Assembly: GCA_947632035.1 (NCBI GenBank)
Contig: CANRNR010000008.1
Span: 3,092 to 67,091, forward strand
Reading direction: 5' to 3'
Source of the DNA: an uncultured Clostridia bacterium
Lineage (GTDB): Bacteria > Bacillota > Clostridia > TANB77 > CAG-508
DNA length: 64,000 nt
The notes below the pieces were generated by a model that saw only the letters and a program-made list of their open reading frames with translations, searched no databases and had not been told where the DNA came from. The position numbers were made by a program, and so were the translations under genes. Every line of letters begins with the position of its first letter. Position 1 is the first letter of the stretch. Below, one piece after another: positions 44,601 to 54,700 of the stretch.

Positions 44601-47600
44601 GTGGTTTAGCAAAGGTAGAATGGTATTATAGAAGAAGCGGAGAAGAACAATATGAATTAATAACAGAAAAATTACATGATATGAATGTAGAAAGTGGAGG
44701 CTCAACAGCTCAAACAGTAAGCACATTGTCAGCTAAGAACTTAAAATCAGGAACATATAATATATTTGCAAGAGTATATGATGTGGCAGGAAATGTAATA
44801 GATAGTAGAACAGCAGTAATAGAAACAATAAAAATGCCATCAGGTGAAGGTGCATTTACAATGTCACAAGAGCCAACATATTGGACGAAAGACCCTGTAA
44901 CAGTAAAAATACAAAACAAAACACAAGAATATGATGTAGAATACAGTACAAATGGTGGAAACACATGGTACACAGGAACACAAGTAGCATTATCTACAAA
45001 TGGAACAGTATTAGCAAGACTAACAGATGGAGAAAACCACGGAGAATCACAACAAATAAAAGTAGAAAATATAGATACAACAGGACCAAACTTAAATAGT
45101 ATACAAACGGTAAATGTAACAAGTAGAGATATAACTTTAAGTCTAACAGCAAAAGATTTAGAAAGTGGTTTGGCAAAAATAACATGGTTCTATAAGAGAG
45201 CTGAAGATGCATACAAAGAACAAACAGAAACATGGCATAATATAAATGATTCACAACATGGTATAACAACAGAAAAAAATATACCAGTACAATTACGAGA
45301 CTTAAAAGGTGGATTATATAGTATATATGCAGAAGTATATGATGTGGCAGGTAATGTAGCGAGAAGTAATGAAATGTCAGTACAAACAATACTAATCCCA
45401 TCAGCAGAAACAAGTATAAATATGGATTATACTCCTAAAACATGGACAAATGGAAAAGTAACAGTAACAATGAATTTAACAAATGGAGTATCAGGCTATA
45501 ATATAGAATACAGTATAGATAATGGAAGCTCATGGCAAACAGGAAATAGCGTAGAAGTAGATTCAAATAGAACAGTACAAGCTAGACTAACAGATGGAGA
45601 AAATTCAGGAGCTGCTAAAGAATTAACAATAGGAAATATTGATACTCAAAGTCCAACATCAACTACAATAACACAAACTGCAGTAACGAGTAAGAGCATA
45701 TCAGTACAATTAACAGCAAAAGATGAGCAAAGTGGACTTTCAAAAGTAGAATGGTACCATAAGAGAAACGAGGATAATGGTGATTATCAAATGACACCTG
45801 TAAATTATGCAGACATGAAAGGTTCAAACCAAGGACTTCTAACAGATACAGTAGTACCATTAAACTTAACTAGCTTAACATCAGGAACTTATAGTATATA
45901 TGCACAAATATATGATGTGGCAGGAAACGTAATAAGAACAAGTGATACAATTCAAATAACAACAACGCCAATTCCTGCAGGAGAAGGATCTTTAAACATA
46001 ACACATAGCCCAACAATATGGACAAAGAACCATGTAACAGTAACAGTACAAAATAATGTTGTAGGATATGATGTAGAATATAGTGTAAACGGTGGAGCAT
46101 CATGGCAAACAGGAACTAGTATAGATGTAGATTCAAACAAAACTATACAAGCAAGACTAACAGATGGAATAAACTCAGGAGATATTAAAAACTATACTAT
46201 AAATAATATTGATACAAATAACCCAACATCAACTGCTATAACAGAAATTAGTAAAACAAGTACAACTATATCAGTAAAATTAACAGCAAAAGATTTAGAA
46301 AGTGGTTTAGCAAAAGTAGATTGGTATTACAAGAAAAACGGAGATAGTGGTGATTACAAAGTTATAACTAAAACTTATGCACAAATGAATAGTGCAGATA
46401 GAGGACCTATAATAGATACAGAAGTACCACAGGTATTTGAAGACTTAACATCAGGAACATACAGCATATATGCACAAATATATGATGTCGCAGGAAATAT
46501 GATACGAAGTAGTAACACTATAGAAATAGCAACAGTAGAAATTCCATCAGGAGAAGCCTCTCTTAATATAGTACAATCACCAAGTGGACAATGGACTAAT
46601 AGACCAGTAACAGTAACTATTAGTAAAGTGGGTACTGGATTAGATGATTATTACATAGAATATAGTACAGGAGGTTCGTGGACAAGAGGAGAAAGCTTAA
46701 CAGTATATACAAATGGAACAACAGTAAATGCAAGATTAACGGATGGAACAAATCCTGGAACTGCTAAAAGCCTAACAGTCAATAATATAGACTATACACC
46801 ACCAACAATAGTTTCAAGTAGAGGAAGTAATACACCTTCAAATAGTGGAACTATATCAATATTTGAGTTTAATGATAACCCAATACCACCAAATGGTGAA
46901 AGTGGTGTAACACAAATAAGTTTCTCAAAAGTAGCAGGTCAATATTCTTGGGAAGATGTAGAAAAAGGTAGACCAGGATATGTAAAAACAGTAAATGGTT
47001 CTCAAGCAAATGGAACATGGTATGTATATGTAAAAGATGAAGCAGGCAACATATCAAATGCTACGACAGTAAGTGTAACAGGAGTAGTAGATACAGTAAG
47101 TAATTTAAATATAACAACAAAAGATATAACAATAAAAGAAGGTGAAACAGCACAAATACAAATGACTTATAATGGAACACCAAGCTCAATAACTTATACA
47201 AGTAGAGACAACGGAACCGCTTCAGTAACAACAGGATTATCAGGAGGATTAGTAGAAGGAGTAAAAAAAGGATCAACAGTTATTGATATTACTGTACATA
47301 ACTATGATGGAACTACAATAACTGGAACAGTAAATGTTACAGTTTTACCAAATGACCATTATATAATAATAACAGATCATAGCTATGAATTTACCTCTGA
47401 TACATCATTATCAATTAAAGCTGATCTTTATGATAATAATGGTTGTCTACTTCATTTGATTAACATATTATTCGAAGTAAAACCTGGAGAACAATTTACT
47501 CCACCATCGATATCTGAAATAGAATCTAAATTATTAGAATACCGAATTGGTGATAATGAATCTAGAGAGAAGGGATTAAAAGAATGGGTATATACTCGAT

Positions 47601-48976
47601 TTGGAGTAAATGCTCAAATTAAGCTAAATTCTGATGGATTCACTTATCCTGAATTAAATCATCCTGAATATACATTCAATTATAATAATCTAACAAAAGG
47701 TTATTCATATTATTACGTCGTATTTGCTTATGATATGTATGATTTATATGATATCAAATCTTCAGAAGGAATGATAAGTAGTAATCATGCACCAGTAATA
47801 AAAAGTCATAGTCTTAATAATTTATCAGTTGATTCTTTTGATGTAAATGTATTAGCTACTGATAAAAATAATAATGACTTAACTTATTACTTATTTGCAT
47901 TACCAAATATAAATGCTGAAAATGAACACACAGCTGTGTTTGATGATGCTTTTGTTCAAAAATTGGTAAAACATATTTTATCTGGATTATATAATGAAGA
48001 TGGCAGCATAAATGGAGGATACATTTCTGAACATATAGGAGAAGATACTGATCTTAATGTTACAGCAAGTTGGAAGCAACAGATCCAGAAGGGAGTACAA
48101 AATACCAATATTACTTTAAAAGCTAGTAGTTTAAAACAATATGATTATTATAGATACGTTGTAATCGTTATTGATCCTGATGGTTTATATGATTATCGTC
48201 AATCTGATGAATTTAGAACATATTGCCCAGGCTACATTTGGTGCGATAATCAAACTATACCATGTACTAGATGTAATGGCAATAAACAAATTTCGTGTCT
48301 CGACATAGGTGGTGAAAGAAGAGAACCATATACCGAACAAAGTACAGGATATTACGAGTCAGGATATAAAATATACTGTGCTAATTGTGGTACATACTTA
48401 GGAAAAACTGGAACTTGGAGTACTCAAAGCGGTGGAGGACCAGTAGATGAAAGCGAGTACAGATCAAATAAAACAGAACATGCTAAAAAACTAGTAAATT
48501 GTAATGCTTGTAATGGAAAAGGATTAAAATGTGAGCATGGTTCAACTGAACCACATAAAGTTATGTGTACAGGGCCATTTACAACAACAGTACCATGTAG
48601 CCTTTGCGGAGGAAGCAAGGAGATATCTGCAGATGACTGCTTGAAAGGTGGAACATATGAAGAGGTAGTATATCCGGATGAACATGGTAATCGTGGACAA
48701 TGTGCTAGCGTAGCAAGTGGAGGATGCGGACGAGATAACGTCGTTGATTATACAATAGTTAGATGTAAAAATTGCAACAGAATTGTTGGTGGCGGTGCTG
48801 GATGCATTGCATGTAGTTGGTCTACAACCATTCCATCAGAGCACCCTTTCGGAAACATGAAGTGTCCACAATGTGGTGGAACAGGAGTACAAACAGTATC
48901 AGCACCATGTAAGCATGGACAATTAGGTCCTCACCCATATTGTGAACACGACAGAATGGAAAAACACAACGACTAA
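35618..48976 (+). CDS. Giant secreted protein: dockerin, 18 tandem ~190-aa Ig/FN3-like units, Cys/His-rich C-terminus (4452 aa)
   Basis: Signal peptide; GDLNKDG.../ADLTNDGKINQID dockerin; 18 WTN...EYS.DG..W...ARLTDG...NID units counted; several CxxCxGxG/K motifs at the C-terminus. Confidence 0.85.
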   Translation: MGIVKKMLATILIALILLNDLSMLIVYGQEIIRNSDTTEVAKNKISSTKYIVSEEENTITRVLPETTVGIFKGKFNMPKSDVKVYKSEEDLTEVADEENVGTGMVMMHEEGGKMYTTSVIGDLNKDGIMGDIELNLLIKYVSGMGAQDNLEGIAFKSADLTNDGKINQIDITVLIRWVVYRELELPEITIPEAPTIKILEGEEGENGWYKGNVTVEIKAPEEDEVEIEKMTYVLEKEEVAESEGNVEGGNNQQGTDQEETTEDTENEVTEIEVEDGEKIELKEDGKYTIKTYSYSKAGKRSIENKREIKLETGIKKLELEVTKVTTNEIGVKVEAEAFSGIKEYTYYIGKIVRSTRHDEETEEDVEEKTIEYGEGIVTSEPEYVFKVLEDDTEYGVKVEVKSIAGNEKVEEKEEKTLKISTLTEENVEIVKSTDEWTNENIEVEIKVSEEANPEGKYEVEYKKGEGDWEKYTGPIEVEENTDITVRLTDGNNYSEEVTKSIENIDKTAPEGRIEVKETTTKEIKIEVKDAKDEQSGIESYTYYIGIKNDEGEFQYREVKKYEEGEEEGADEKLNCTYERLRQDEEYRVVVEIKDKAGNVNRIEETVRTKKMPEIGVADIEIGYSNTEWTNENVTVTIKVRDGVDTQDCILEYSLDGGKTWQKYEDDVEVEITENTNIIVRLTDGVNELEVASGKVSNIDKENPQGSLKVKETRSNRIAVEVEGMDEISGVKAYSYYIGTKDDAGEVKYTKVGYEERNLKPREKGQESYVYSKLTKETEYYVKVEIEDQAGNKIELVETRKTQKVPALNEQNMTYEKSEEDWTKEDVIIKVEVDEDVDMDEFHVEYTTDGGKTWHEYDPETGIVVEENTDVEVRLSDGDNGGEGTDITVDNIDKTAPKVEIKENKSTSGTIEVEVEATDDQSGIDKYVYYLGKKNENGEIEYEKYAESKENTYRYEDLDQDTDYYIKVEVVDNVGNVGEALAEEKTLRIPDGSEIITLEKDREEWTNGNVTVTITYKETVYYVEYSIDGENWKRSTNSGERIIIEENTTVLARLTDGRNVGVPTSIKITNIDKVNPVVVDYQVPRINSDGFIEEIHLTDNLSGISNITWYIREKGTKQYTQAKETLTVQEGLKAGETDVTKQKLYKGLRTGTYEIYAQVFDVSGNKVETEVQEVTLIPVQELNEENTRIIVEPSTWTNEDVKVTIETDVDLEDGGYSIEYSLDGKKYESYIADIGVEVSKNGKVYARLTDGVNVGKETSKEITNIDKDLPEVEGIQIAEVTSKRIKTTINMQDKLSGLGKIVWYYKHVEDKDYKQEEKVYTELKGNERGSLDQITGELDLTEKKAGMYSIYAEVYDVAGNMFKAQEIIANTTEIPTGDEAFTMSQDPTTWTNGEVTVTMKLEEKGEGYTIEYSTDGKKWTEGTKVTVDENKTVHARLTDGVNVGESQSLKLTNIDKVPVSAEAITVKSVTTNSMTAQINVQDLDSGLGKIEWFYKHNDDDKYTQVDQVYQTLNEKNKGSVKKETKELILEKIKGGNYEIYAKIYDVAGNVVTAEKVVQTTTQVPSGNEALTMIVKPETWTNKKVIVTLTSEVPDYIVEYSTDGKEYLAGTSVEVDINKRVYGRLTDGVNNGEPKYIDVTNIDKIAPTVGEITLKTNTTKTITAQVNIEDGESGLGKIEWYYAKEGDVNYSLIEQEYQKLNVKDKGETEQVTKELVLEDLSGGNYDIYAKVYDVAGNVKQSSTSKLKTSNMPEGSLGIIMTKDPDHWTNGQVTVNMSLTGNMEGYSIEYSTDNMNWTLGTSTKVDENKTVYARLSDGINKGQPTSTTVTKIDTDNPIVQSIQIKSRTTKAITAEIGMQDKLSGIAKLEWYYKNSNQSQYTVKEVPYQTINGDTAGRTDVVTNELELTNIDSGKYTIYAKVYDVAGNEIDSESLVIDTVKIPMGASAFTMEQTPTTWTKEQVTVTINLEDEARGYDVEYSTDGRTWQKGTEVTLDENTTVHARLSDGINKGQSQSITISNIDRTNAVVGEVKVEETTTNSIVASLDVQDIDSGLGKIEWLYKNSTEEGYRQEEQNYQTLYGAKAGKTEKQTKELSLDNINSGNYEIYAKVYDVAGNVVDAKAMRIDTQAIPTADESIEMLARPAYWTNDNVVVKLTNSAVGGYSTQYSLDGKTYKIGTSVEVDSNKTVYGRLTDGQNNGEPTHIDIGNIDKKAPEVGEITLKSNTTKTITAKVTVRDELSGLAKIEWFYKKQGQANYEKVEESYKEINGKTPGDTSSLEKELTMEELSSGIYDIYVKVYDVAGNVIQSKIQNLPTSSVSSGETSITVSKNPTHWTNGEVTLTFGLVSGVTGYSVQYSTDGQAWTKGNSVSVKENGTVLSRLYDGENTGTPLRTIIENIDTEGPRVENIQIQSVTSKSIVASLTMQDTLSGISKIEWYYKNSNVDDYTQKDEKYKEINSEDPGDRTTLKKQLELTKIPAGTYSIYAKVYDVAGNVTTSDSIMVKTIQIPSANEAFTMNQNPTTWTNSEVTVNMELVSGASEYDIEYSKDGRQWNKGAQVKLNANGVVHARLTDDVSTGESKSLKVENIDTVLPEAGTITEKNVTSSSLTAEVTIQDTLSGLAKIEWQYKKSDESQFKTKIEEYRVMKGSDRGENIEKVSQLKLDNLSQGTYNIKAYVYDIAGNQREIAQKDINIKTIPSLTKDVNVTFTQTPINWTNDNVKVSINSTESGYGLEYSKDGNKWYEYIGPVMAEGNGTISARLTDGINSGAPASTQISNIDKDLPLIVGSIGTKAKTPNSITAQVTVQDVLSGIAKIEWYYLKQGQSNYEKIEEEYQKINGNTPGETTQVTKEILIENLSIGTYEVYVKVYDVAGNVEQSKTANLETASMPSGETAITMTKDPITWTNKTVTVNMQLASEVTGYSIEYSTDGAIWIPGNSVTVRQNGEVLARLSDGINKGEPKRLPINNIDTTNPEVGEIQTNNVTSNSISAQISIRDVLSGLAKVEWYYRRSGEEQYELITEKLHDMNVESGGSTAQTVSTLSAKNLKSGTYNIFARVYDVAGNVIDSRTAVIETIKMPSGEGAFTMSQEPTYWTKDPVTVKIQNKTQEYDVEYSTNGGNTWYTGTQVALSTNGTVLARLTDGENHGESQQIKVENIDTTGPNLNSIQTVNVTSRDITLSLTAKDLESGLAKITWFYKRAEDAYKEQTETWHNINDSQHGITTEKNIPVQLRDLKGGLYSIYAEVYDVAGNVARSNEMSVQTILIPSAETSINMDYTPKTWTNGKVTVTMNLTNGVSGYNIEYSIDNGSSWQTGNSVEVDSNRTVQARLTDGENSGAAKELTIGNIDTQSPTSTTITQTAVTSKSISVQLTAKDEQSGLSKVEWYHKRNEDNGDYQMTPVNYADMKGSNQGLLTDTVVPLNLTSLTSGTYSIYAQIYDVAGNVIRTSDTIQITTTPIPAGEGSLNITHSPTIWTKNHVTVTVQNNVVGYDVEYSVNGGASWQTGTSIDVDSNKTIQARLTDGINSGDIKNYTINNIDTNNPTSTAITEISKTSTTISVKLTAKDLESGLAKVDWYYKKNGDSGDYKVITKTYAQMNSADRGPIIDTEVPQVFEDLTSGTYSIYAQIYDVAGNMIRSSNTIEIATVEIPSGEASLNIVQSPSGQWTNRPVTVTISKVGTGLDDYYIEYSTGGSWTRGESLTVYTNGTTVNARLTDGTNPGTAKSLTVNNIDYTPPTIVSSRGSNTPSNSGTISIFEFNDNPIPPNGESGVTQISFSKVAGQYSWEDVEKGRPGYVKTVNGSQANGTWYVYVKDEAGNISNATTVSVTGVVDTVSNLNITTKDITIKEGETAQIQMTYNGTPSSITYTSRDNGTASVTTGLSGGLVEGVKKGSTVIDITVHNYDGTTITGTVNVTVLPNDHYIIITDHSYEFTSDTSLSIKADLYDNNGCLLHLINILFEVKPGEQFTPPSISEIESKLLEYRIGDNESREKGLKEWVYTRFGVNAQIKLNSDGFTYPELNHPEYTFNYNNLTKGYSYYYVVFAYDMYDLYDIKSSEGMISSNHAPVIKSHSLNNLSVDSFDVNVLATDKNNNDLTYYLFALPNINAENEHTAVFDDAFVQKLVKHILSGLYNEDGSINGGYISEHIGEDTDLNVTASWKQQIQKGVQNTNITLKASSLKQYDYYRYVVIVIDPDGLYDYRQSDEFRTYCPGYIWCDNQTIPCTRCNGNKQISCLDIGGERREPYTEQSTGYYESGYKIYCANCGTYLGKTGTWSTQSGGGPVDESEYRSNKTEHAKKLVNCNACNGKGLKCEHGSTEPHKVMCTGPFTTTVPCSLCGGSKEISADDCLKGGTYEEVVYPDEHGNRGQCASVASGGCGRDNVVDYTIVRCKNCNRIVGGGAGCIACSWSTTIPSEHPFGNMKCPQCGGTGVQTVSAPCKHGQLGPHPYCEHDRMEKHND

Positions 48977-48989
48977 GATATAATAAAAA

Positions 48990-49045
48990 ATAATAATATG
49001 CTCATAATATTAGAAAAATCTAATATTTAGGGCATATTATTTTTA
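48990..49045 (+). terminator. Hairpin terminator after the 4452-aa gene
   Basis: AATAATATGC..AATATTAGA aaaa TCTAATATT..GCATATTATT followed by a T-run. Confidence 0.65.
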
Positions 49046-49135
49046 TAATACTTGAAAATAAATAATATTATAATTTTTTCTAAAATATTAATATTTTTTA
49101 AAAATCAAATAATATAATAATTTTTCGACTAAATA

Positions 49136-49163
49136 TTGACAATTTTTTAAAATTAAATATAAT
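49136..49163 (+). promoter_or_regulatory. Sigma-A type promoter
   Basis: TTGACA (49136-49141), 16 nt, TATAAT (49158-49163). Confidence 0.6.
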
Positions 49164-49253
49164 TATAGTAGATTAAAAGGTAATCGTTCAATATAAACAA
49201 ATATTAAACGATTATGATTAAAATAAAAATACAAAAGAAAGGAGAGAGTTAAA

Positions 49254-49724
49254 ATAGACAAGAAAAAAATTATTATAATAAGTTGCATCATATTGGTAAT
49301 ACTAATTTTAATATTAAGTGTAACACTATATTTTGTCTTTTTTAAAGCACAACCTCAAGATGTAGATAATGACCAAGTAGAAAATTATTCACAAGAATTA
49401 GAAGATGGAACAAAAGTTAACACTAGCTCAAAACTTTCAGAAACCAAACAAATAGAAGATGGTTTAGAAATTACAGACATAAGTTTAACAGAAAGTAATA
49501 ATTTAACTAGTTTATTAGGAAAAATTACGAATAAAACAAATGAAAAAAAGGGAGACTATCTTATAACTATTACTTTTGTAAATAAAAATGGTGAAAAGTT
49601 AACAGAAAATGAAGTATATGTAAAAAGCTTAGACCCAGGCGAAACTACAACATTAAGTTCAAAAACGAGCTTTGACTATACAGACGCTTATGACATAATA
49701 ATAGAAAAGAAGAGTGTCGATTAA
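49254..49724 (+). CDS. Membrane-anchored small Ig-like protein (probable ATA start at 49254)
   Basis: GAAAGGAG SD, then in-frame ATA GAC AAG AAA AAA ATT ATT giving (M)DKKKIIII and a TM helix; C-terminal G.I.N.....I.F....G.......L.PGE pattern. Confidence 0.7.
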   Translation: MDKKKIIIISCIILVILILILSVTLYFVFFKAQPQDVDNDQVENYSQELEDGTKVNTSSKLSETKQIEDGLEITDISLTESNNLTSLLGKITNKTNEKKGDYLITITFVNKNGEKLTENEVYVKSLDPGETTTLSSKTSFDYTDAYDIIIEKKSVD

Positions 49725-49775
49725 TTTTAAAATTAGATTTTTGTAAAAACAAAAAAGAAAGGAACGGTAGATAAA

Positions 49776-50708
<933 letters not shown>

Positions 50709-50736
50709 TTTATAAAATTATAATACTATAAAAAAA

Positions 50737-50764
50737 TTAGGGCTATTTACAAATAGCCCTAATA
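50737..50764 (+). terminator. Hairpin after the cohesin gene
   Basis: ATTAGGGCTATTT ac AAATAGCCCTAAT inverted repeat. Confidence 0.65.
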
Positions 50765-50838
50765 ATTTATATAAAAGTAAATTAAATATAAAGTTATAAA
50801 TGCAATTATATAAAAAACAATGCAAAAGGGGTGATATA

Positions 50839-51477
50839 ATGCAAAACTTTGATATAAGTTCTAATGATAAAAAGAATGATAATATAAATTCTAATAGCGA
50901 CAGAGCATCAAAATATTGTTATGAAAATACGAATGTTTTAATAAATAATTTAAATATAAGAAACTCAAAAGATTTAAGCTTTTATGAAGCAAAAATAACA
51001 GCAGCAAAATCTTTAGACTTAAGGCAAAAAGGAGTTACAGGTAAATTTGATAAAGAACATTTTTTATCAATTCATAAATATTTATTTGAAGATATTTACC
51101 CATTTGCAGGAAAATTTAGAGAAGAAAATATTGCAAAAGGAGAGTTCAGATTTGCAATGTGGGAATACATTGAACAAGAATTAGATAAGTTATTAGAAAG
51201 CTTAAAAAAAGAAAATTATTTAGCTAATTTATCAAAGGAAGAAATGGCAAAAAGGCTTAGTTATTACTTATCAGAGTTAAATGTACTCCACCCTTTCAGA
51301 GAAGGAAATGGACGTGCAAACAGAGAGTTCATTAGACAATTAGCATTAAAAAATGGCTACAACTTAAACTTAAGCAAAAGCACACCTAAGGAAATTTTAG
51401 AAGCAAGCATAGAATCTGTGATAGATACCAAAAAATTAGAAGAAGTAATATATAGATGTTTAGATAATCTATATTAA
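50839..51477 (+). CDS. Fic domain protein (class I, FicT-like)
   Basis: Canonical HPFREGNGRANR motif; Y.Y..T.VL.N.L.I, IHKYLFEDIYPFAG.FR..NIAKG; ATG 50839 after AAGGGG. Confidence 0.92.
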   Translation: MQNFDISSNDKKNDNINSNSDRASKYCYENTNVLINNLNIRNSKDLSFYEAKITAAKSLDLRQKGVTGKFDKEHFLSIHKYLFEDIYPFAGKFREENIAKGEFRFAMWEYIEQELDKLLESLKKENYLANLSKEEMAKRLSYYLSELNVLHPFREGNGRANREFIRQLALKNGYNLNLSKSTPKEILEASIESVIDTKKLEEVIYRCLDNLY

Positions 51478-51742
51478 TTATTACAAACAAAAAACTTACG
51501 GAAATACAAGATGAAGAAAAATAAGGCAAAAAAATAGTCAAAATGTGACAAAAATGTAAATAATTTTTAATAATAAACCAAAATAAATAATCCGTAAAGA
51601 AAGCTGGTAAATGGTGCAATTTACCAGCTTTCTTGCTGTTTACAAGCTCTTTACAAGAATTTATAATTATATATATAAATATAAACTTTAAAACTATGTT
51701 TTATATTATTTTTTATTGTTTTTGTATGGAGGTAAACTACAC

Positions 51743-54700
51743 ATGGATGAGAATCAAAACCAAAATGAAAATTTAAACGAAAAGGAGAAAATTCCTAAAG
51801 CAATTTTGCCAAATGCTAAGAAGAAAAGAATTAGAGAAAAAGCAAAGATTATTAAGGCTAAACGTAAAGCTAAAGCTGAAGCAAATAAAGAAAATGGCGA
51901 AAAACAAGCGAAAGGCCTAAGGCAAAAGCTACTAATAGGAGCAAGTGTACTTGCTACAGCAATAGTGCTAGTAATAGCCTTAGTAGGAAGCTATAACCAA
52001 ATAAAGCCTCAAGATATGGGTGAAATTGCAAGGTCTATGACATATGGCAAAGTTAATACAGGAGATGAAGATGTATCAGAAACTGGCGGTAATGTCGAGT
52101 TTGATGCGTTCTTTTTGCGTGACTTAAACTATGATGGAATAGCAGATGGAATAAGGGGAAGTTCAAGAAAAGTAGGAGAAGAAGATATTCTATATATGGA
52201 ATTAAACGTTCAAAAAAGTGGACGTTTAGAAAATGGTGTAATTACCATAGAAGGAGATAACTTTTACTTAAAAGCAGCTATACCAAAAGATAAAGAAGTA
52301 CAAGAAAATGCAATAGGAAATAATATAAAAAAGATAAAACTAAATACAATAAAAAGTGGAACACAAAAATTATTAACAGGAATAGTATGTTCAGGAGACT
52401 ACAGCTATGAAAGTACAAAAACATCAGCAATAGGAAAAGACACAAGCAAATATACAGGAAAAGGAAAAGTAACATTAAAAGGAACATACATACCAGATGA
52501 TGGAAGTGAAGGAACTCCATTTACAAAAGAAGTAGAATTTGATGTAGACTGGCACGGAACAGTAAAAGCTCAAATGGGTACATTAAATAGAACTCAATAC
52601 CTATCAACAGCAATAGATGAAGAAAATGAAACATTTACAGTAAAACATGTTATAGAAATGCGAGAAGTAAATAATGAATTAAACATAAAAAAAGCATATA
52701 TAGAAACTGAAATACCACAACTAAGTGGATATAATCCAGATACAGTAAAAGTAACAGGAAGTAATGTAGAATTTCATTATGACCCAGCTACAAGGAAATT
52801 AACAGCAGAATCAAACGCAGTATTAAATGAGAAAAAAGTGATAACAACACAAGCATATGATGGAATATATGGAAGTCATAGGTATAATAAATTCAATATA
52901 GAAATAGTATACCCATTAGAAGCATATCAAGAGGTAGGGGCAGATACCATTGAACACCAAATGACAGTAAAGGGATACTATGAAGGATATAATAATGAAC
53001 ATGATGAATTCCCACATCCATATAAATCAAATGAAGTAAAAGCCACATTTGTATTAAGAATAAAAAATCCATCAGGAACAGTAGCAAGATTTGATGTAGT
53101 AGTAGGAAAATATGTATCTAAACCAACATACAACTATATAATATCAAAAGAAAAACCATTAAAAATATATAATGGATTATCAGAAAAAGAAGATAATGAT
53201 TTATATACAGTAAGATGGGAAGGCTACACAGGTTCAGGTGGTGCAGATAAAATAATGGTAATGAAAGAAACCAAAGACAATGAAGCACAAGTATCAGATG
53301 AATTCTTAAAAACAGGTGGACAATATGAAAGTATGGAAAATGTAACATCTAACATAGGAATATATTTTTCATATGTAAATAGCATATTAGGCGAAAACGG
53401 AGAAATAAAAGTATATGATGATGAATTAAATGAATTACTTATGACGTTTAATAAAGAAAATTGGAACCAATATAGCGAAAGTAACCCATATACTTATGAT
53501 AGACCTATAAAACATATAAGAATAGAAACAAGTGCAACTAAGGCAGAAGCATCATTATATGTATACAATATAAAGAAATTAGATGATGAATATATAACTA
53601 CGCATTATACAGAAGAAGCTTTTTATAACTTACAAGAAATTAAATCAACATTAAATGGATATTTGGGTGGTGGCCATATAAATACAGATACACATAGTGC
53701 AAAATATGAAGCACCATATACAATGGCAGAAATAACTTTAAGTAAAAATACATTATCAACACAAGTAACAGAAAAGAACTTTAAAATAACATTAAAAGCA
53801 GAAGCAAACACAGCATATAACCAAGTAAAATGGCAAAATGGAGCATTTTTAGTAAAGCTACCAAAAGATATAGTAGATGTAGAAATAAATGAAGTTAAAA
53901 GTACAGATACAAGTGTAAATATACTAAGTTCTGAGCAATATAAAGAAGGAGAAAACTGCTATATAAAAATAAACACAGAAAATGGTACTCCAACAACATT
54001 TGATGTAATAATAGATTGTAATATAACTCCAAATCCAACAGCAACAACACAAACTGAACAAATAGAACTACAATACAGTAATGAAAATGCAGTAGCATAT
54101 TTGAATAAAGTACAAGATACAAATGATATAAATGGAAACTTAAATAGAACAGAAAATATAGGAACAGCGAGTATAAGCTTAAATCTAGTATCACCAAGTT
54201 CATTACTTACAAGTGAAACAATAACAGAATATGATGGTAAACAAAGCATTACTGTTGCACCACAGATAGCCCTTATAGAAAAAAAACAAAAAACAGCCAA
54301 AATCAATATTCAAATGTCAAATAATTATGATAGAACAATAAGTGAAATAAAAATATTAGGAAGAATACCTCATATAGAAAATAAATATGTAATAAATGGT
54401 GAAAATTTAGGCTCTGAATTTGATACAACAATGCAAGGAGCAATAATACTTCCAGAAGGCTTGAAATCAATAGCAAAAGTATATTATAGCGATAATATAG
54501 ATGCTACAAAAGATTTAACACTATCAAGTAATAACTGGCAAGAAAGCCCAACTAGTTTTGAAAATATAAAAAGCTATTTAATAGATTTAGGAGATAATAA
54601 AATAGAGAAAGATGCAAAATATGAAATAAGTTATAAAGTATCAATACCACTAGAGGTAAACTATAACCAAGTATCATATAGCCACCATGCAGCATACTTT

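Noticed and set aside
36081..47276. Many long minus-strand ORFs rich in Leu/Phe/Tyr/His (also 52278-63499)
   Set aside because: Shadow frames of strongly A/G-biased plus-strand genes; no SD and no plausible protein composition.
47350..48976. Diversity-generating retroelement target
   Set aside because: No reverse transcriptase and no template/variable repeat pair differing only at adenines in this window.
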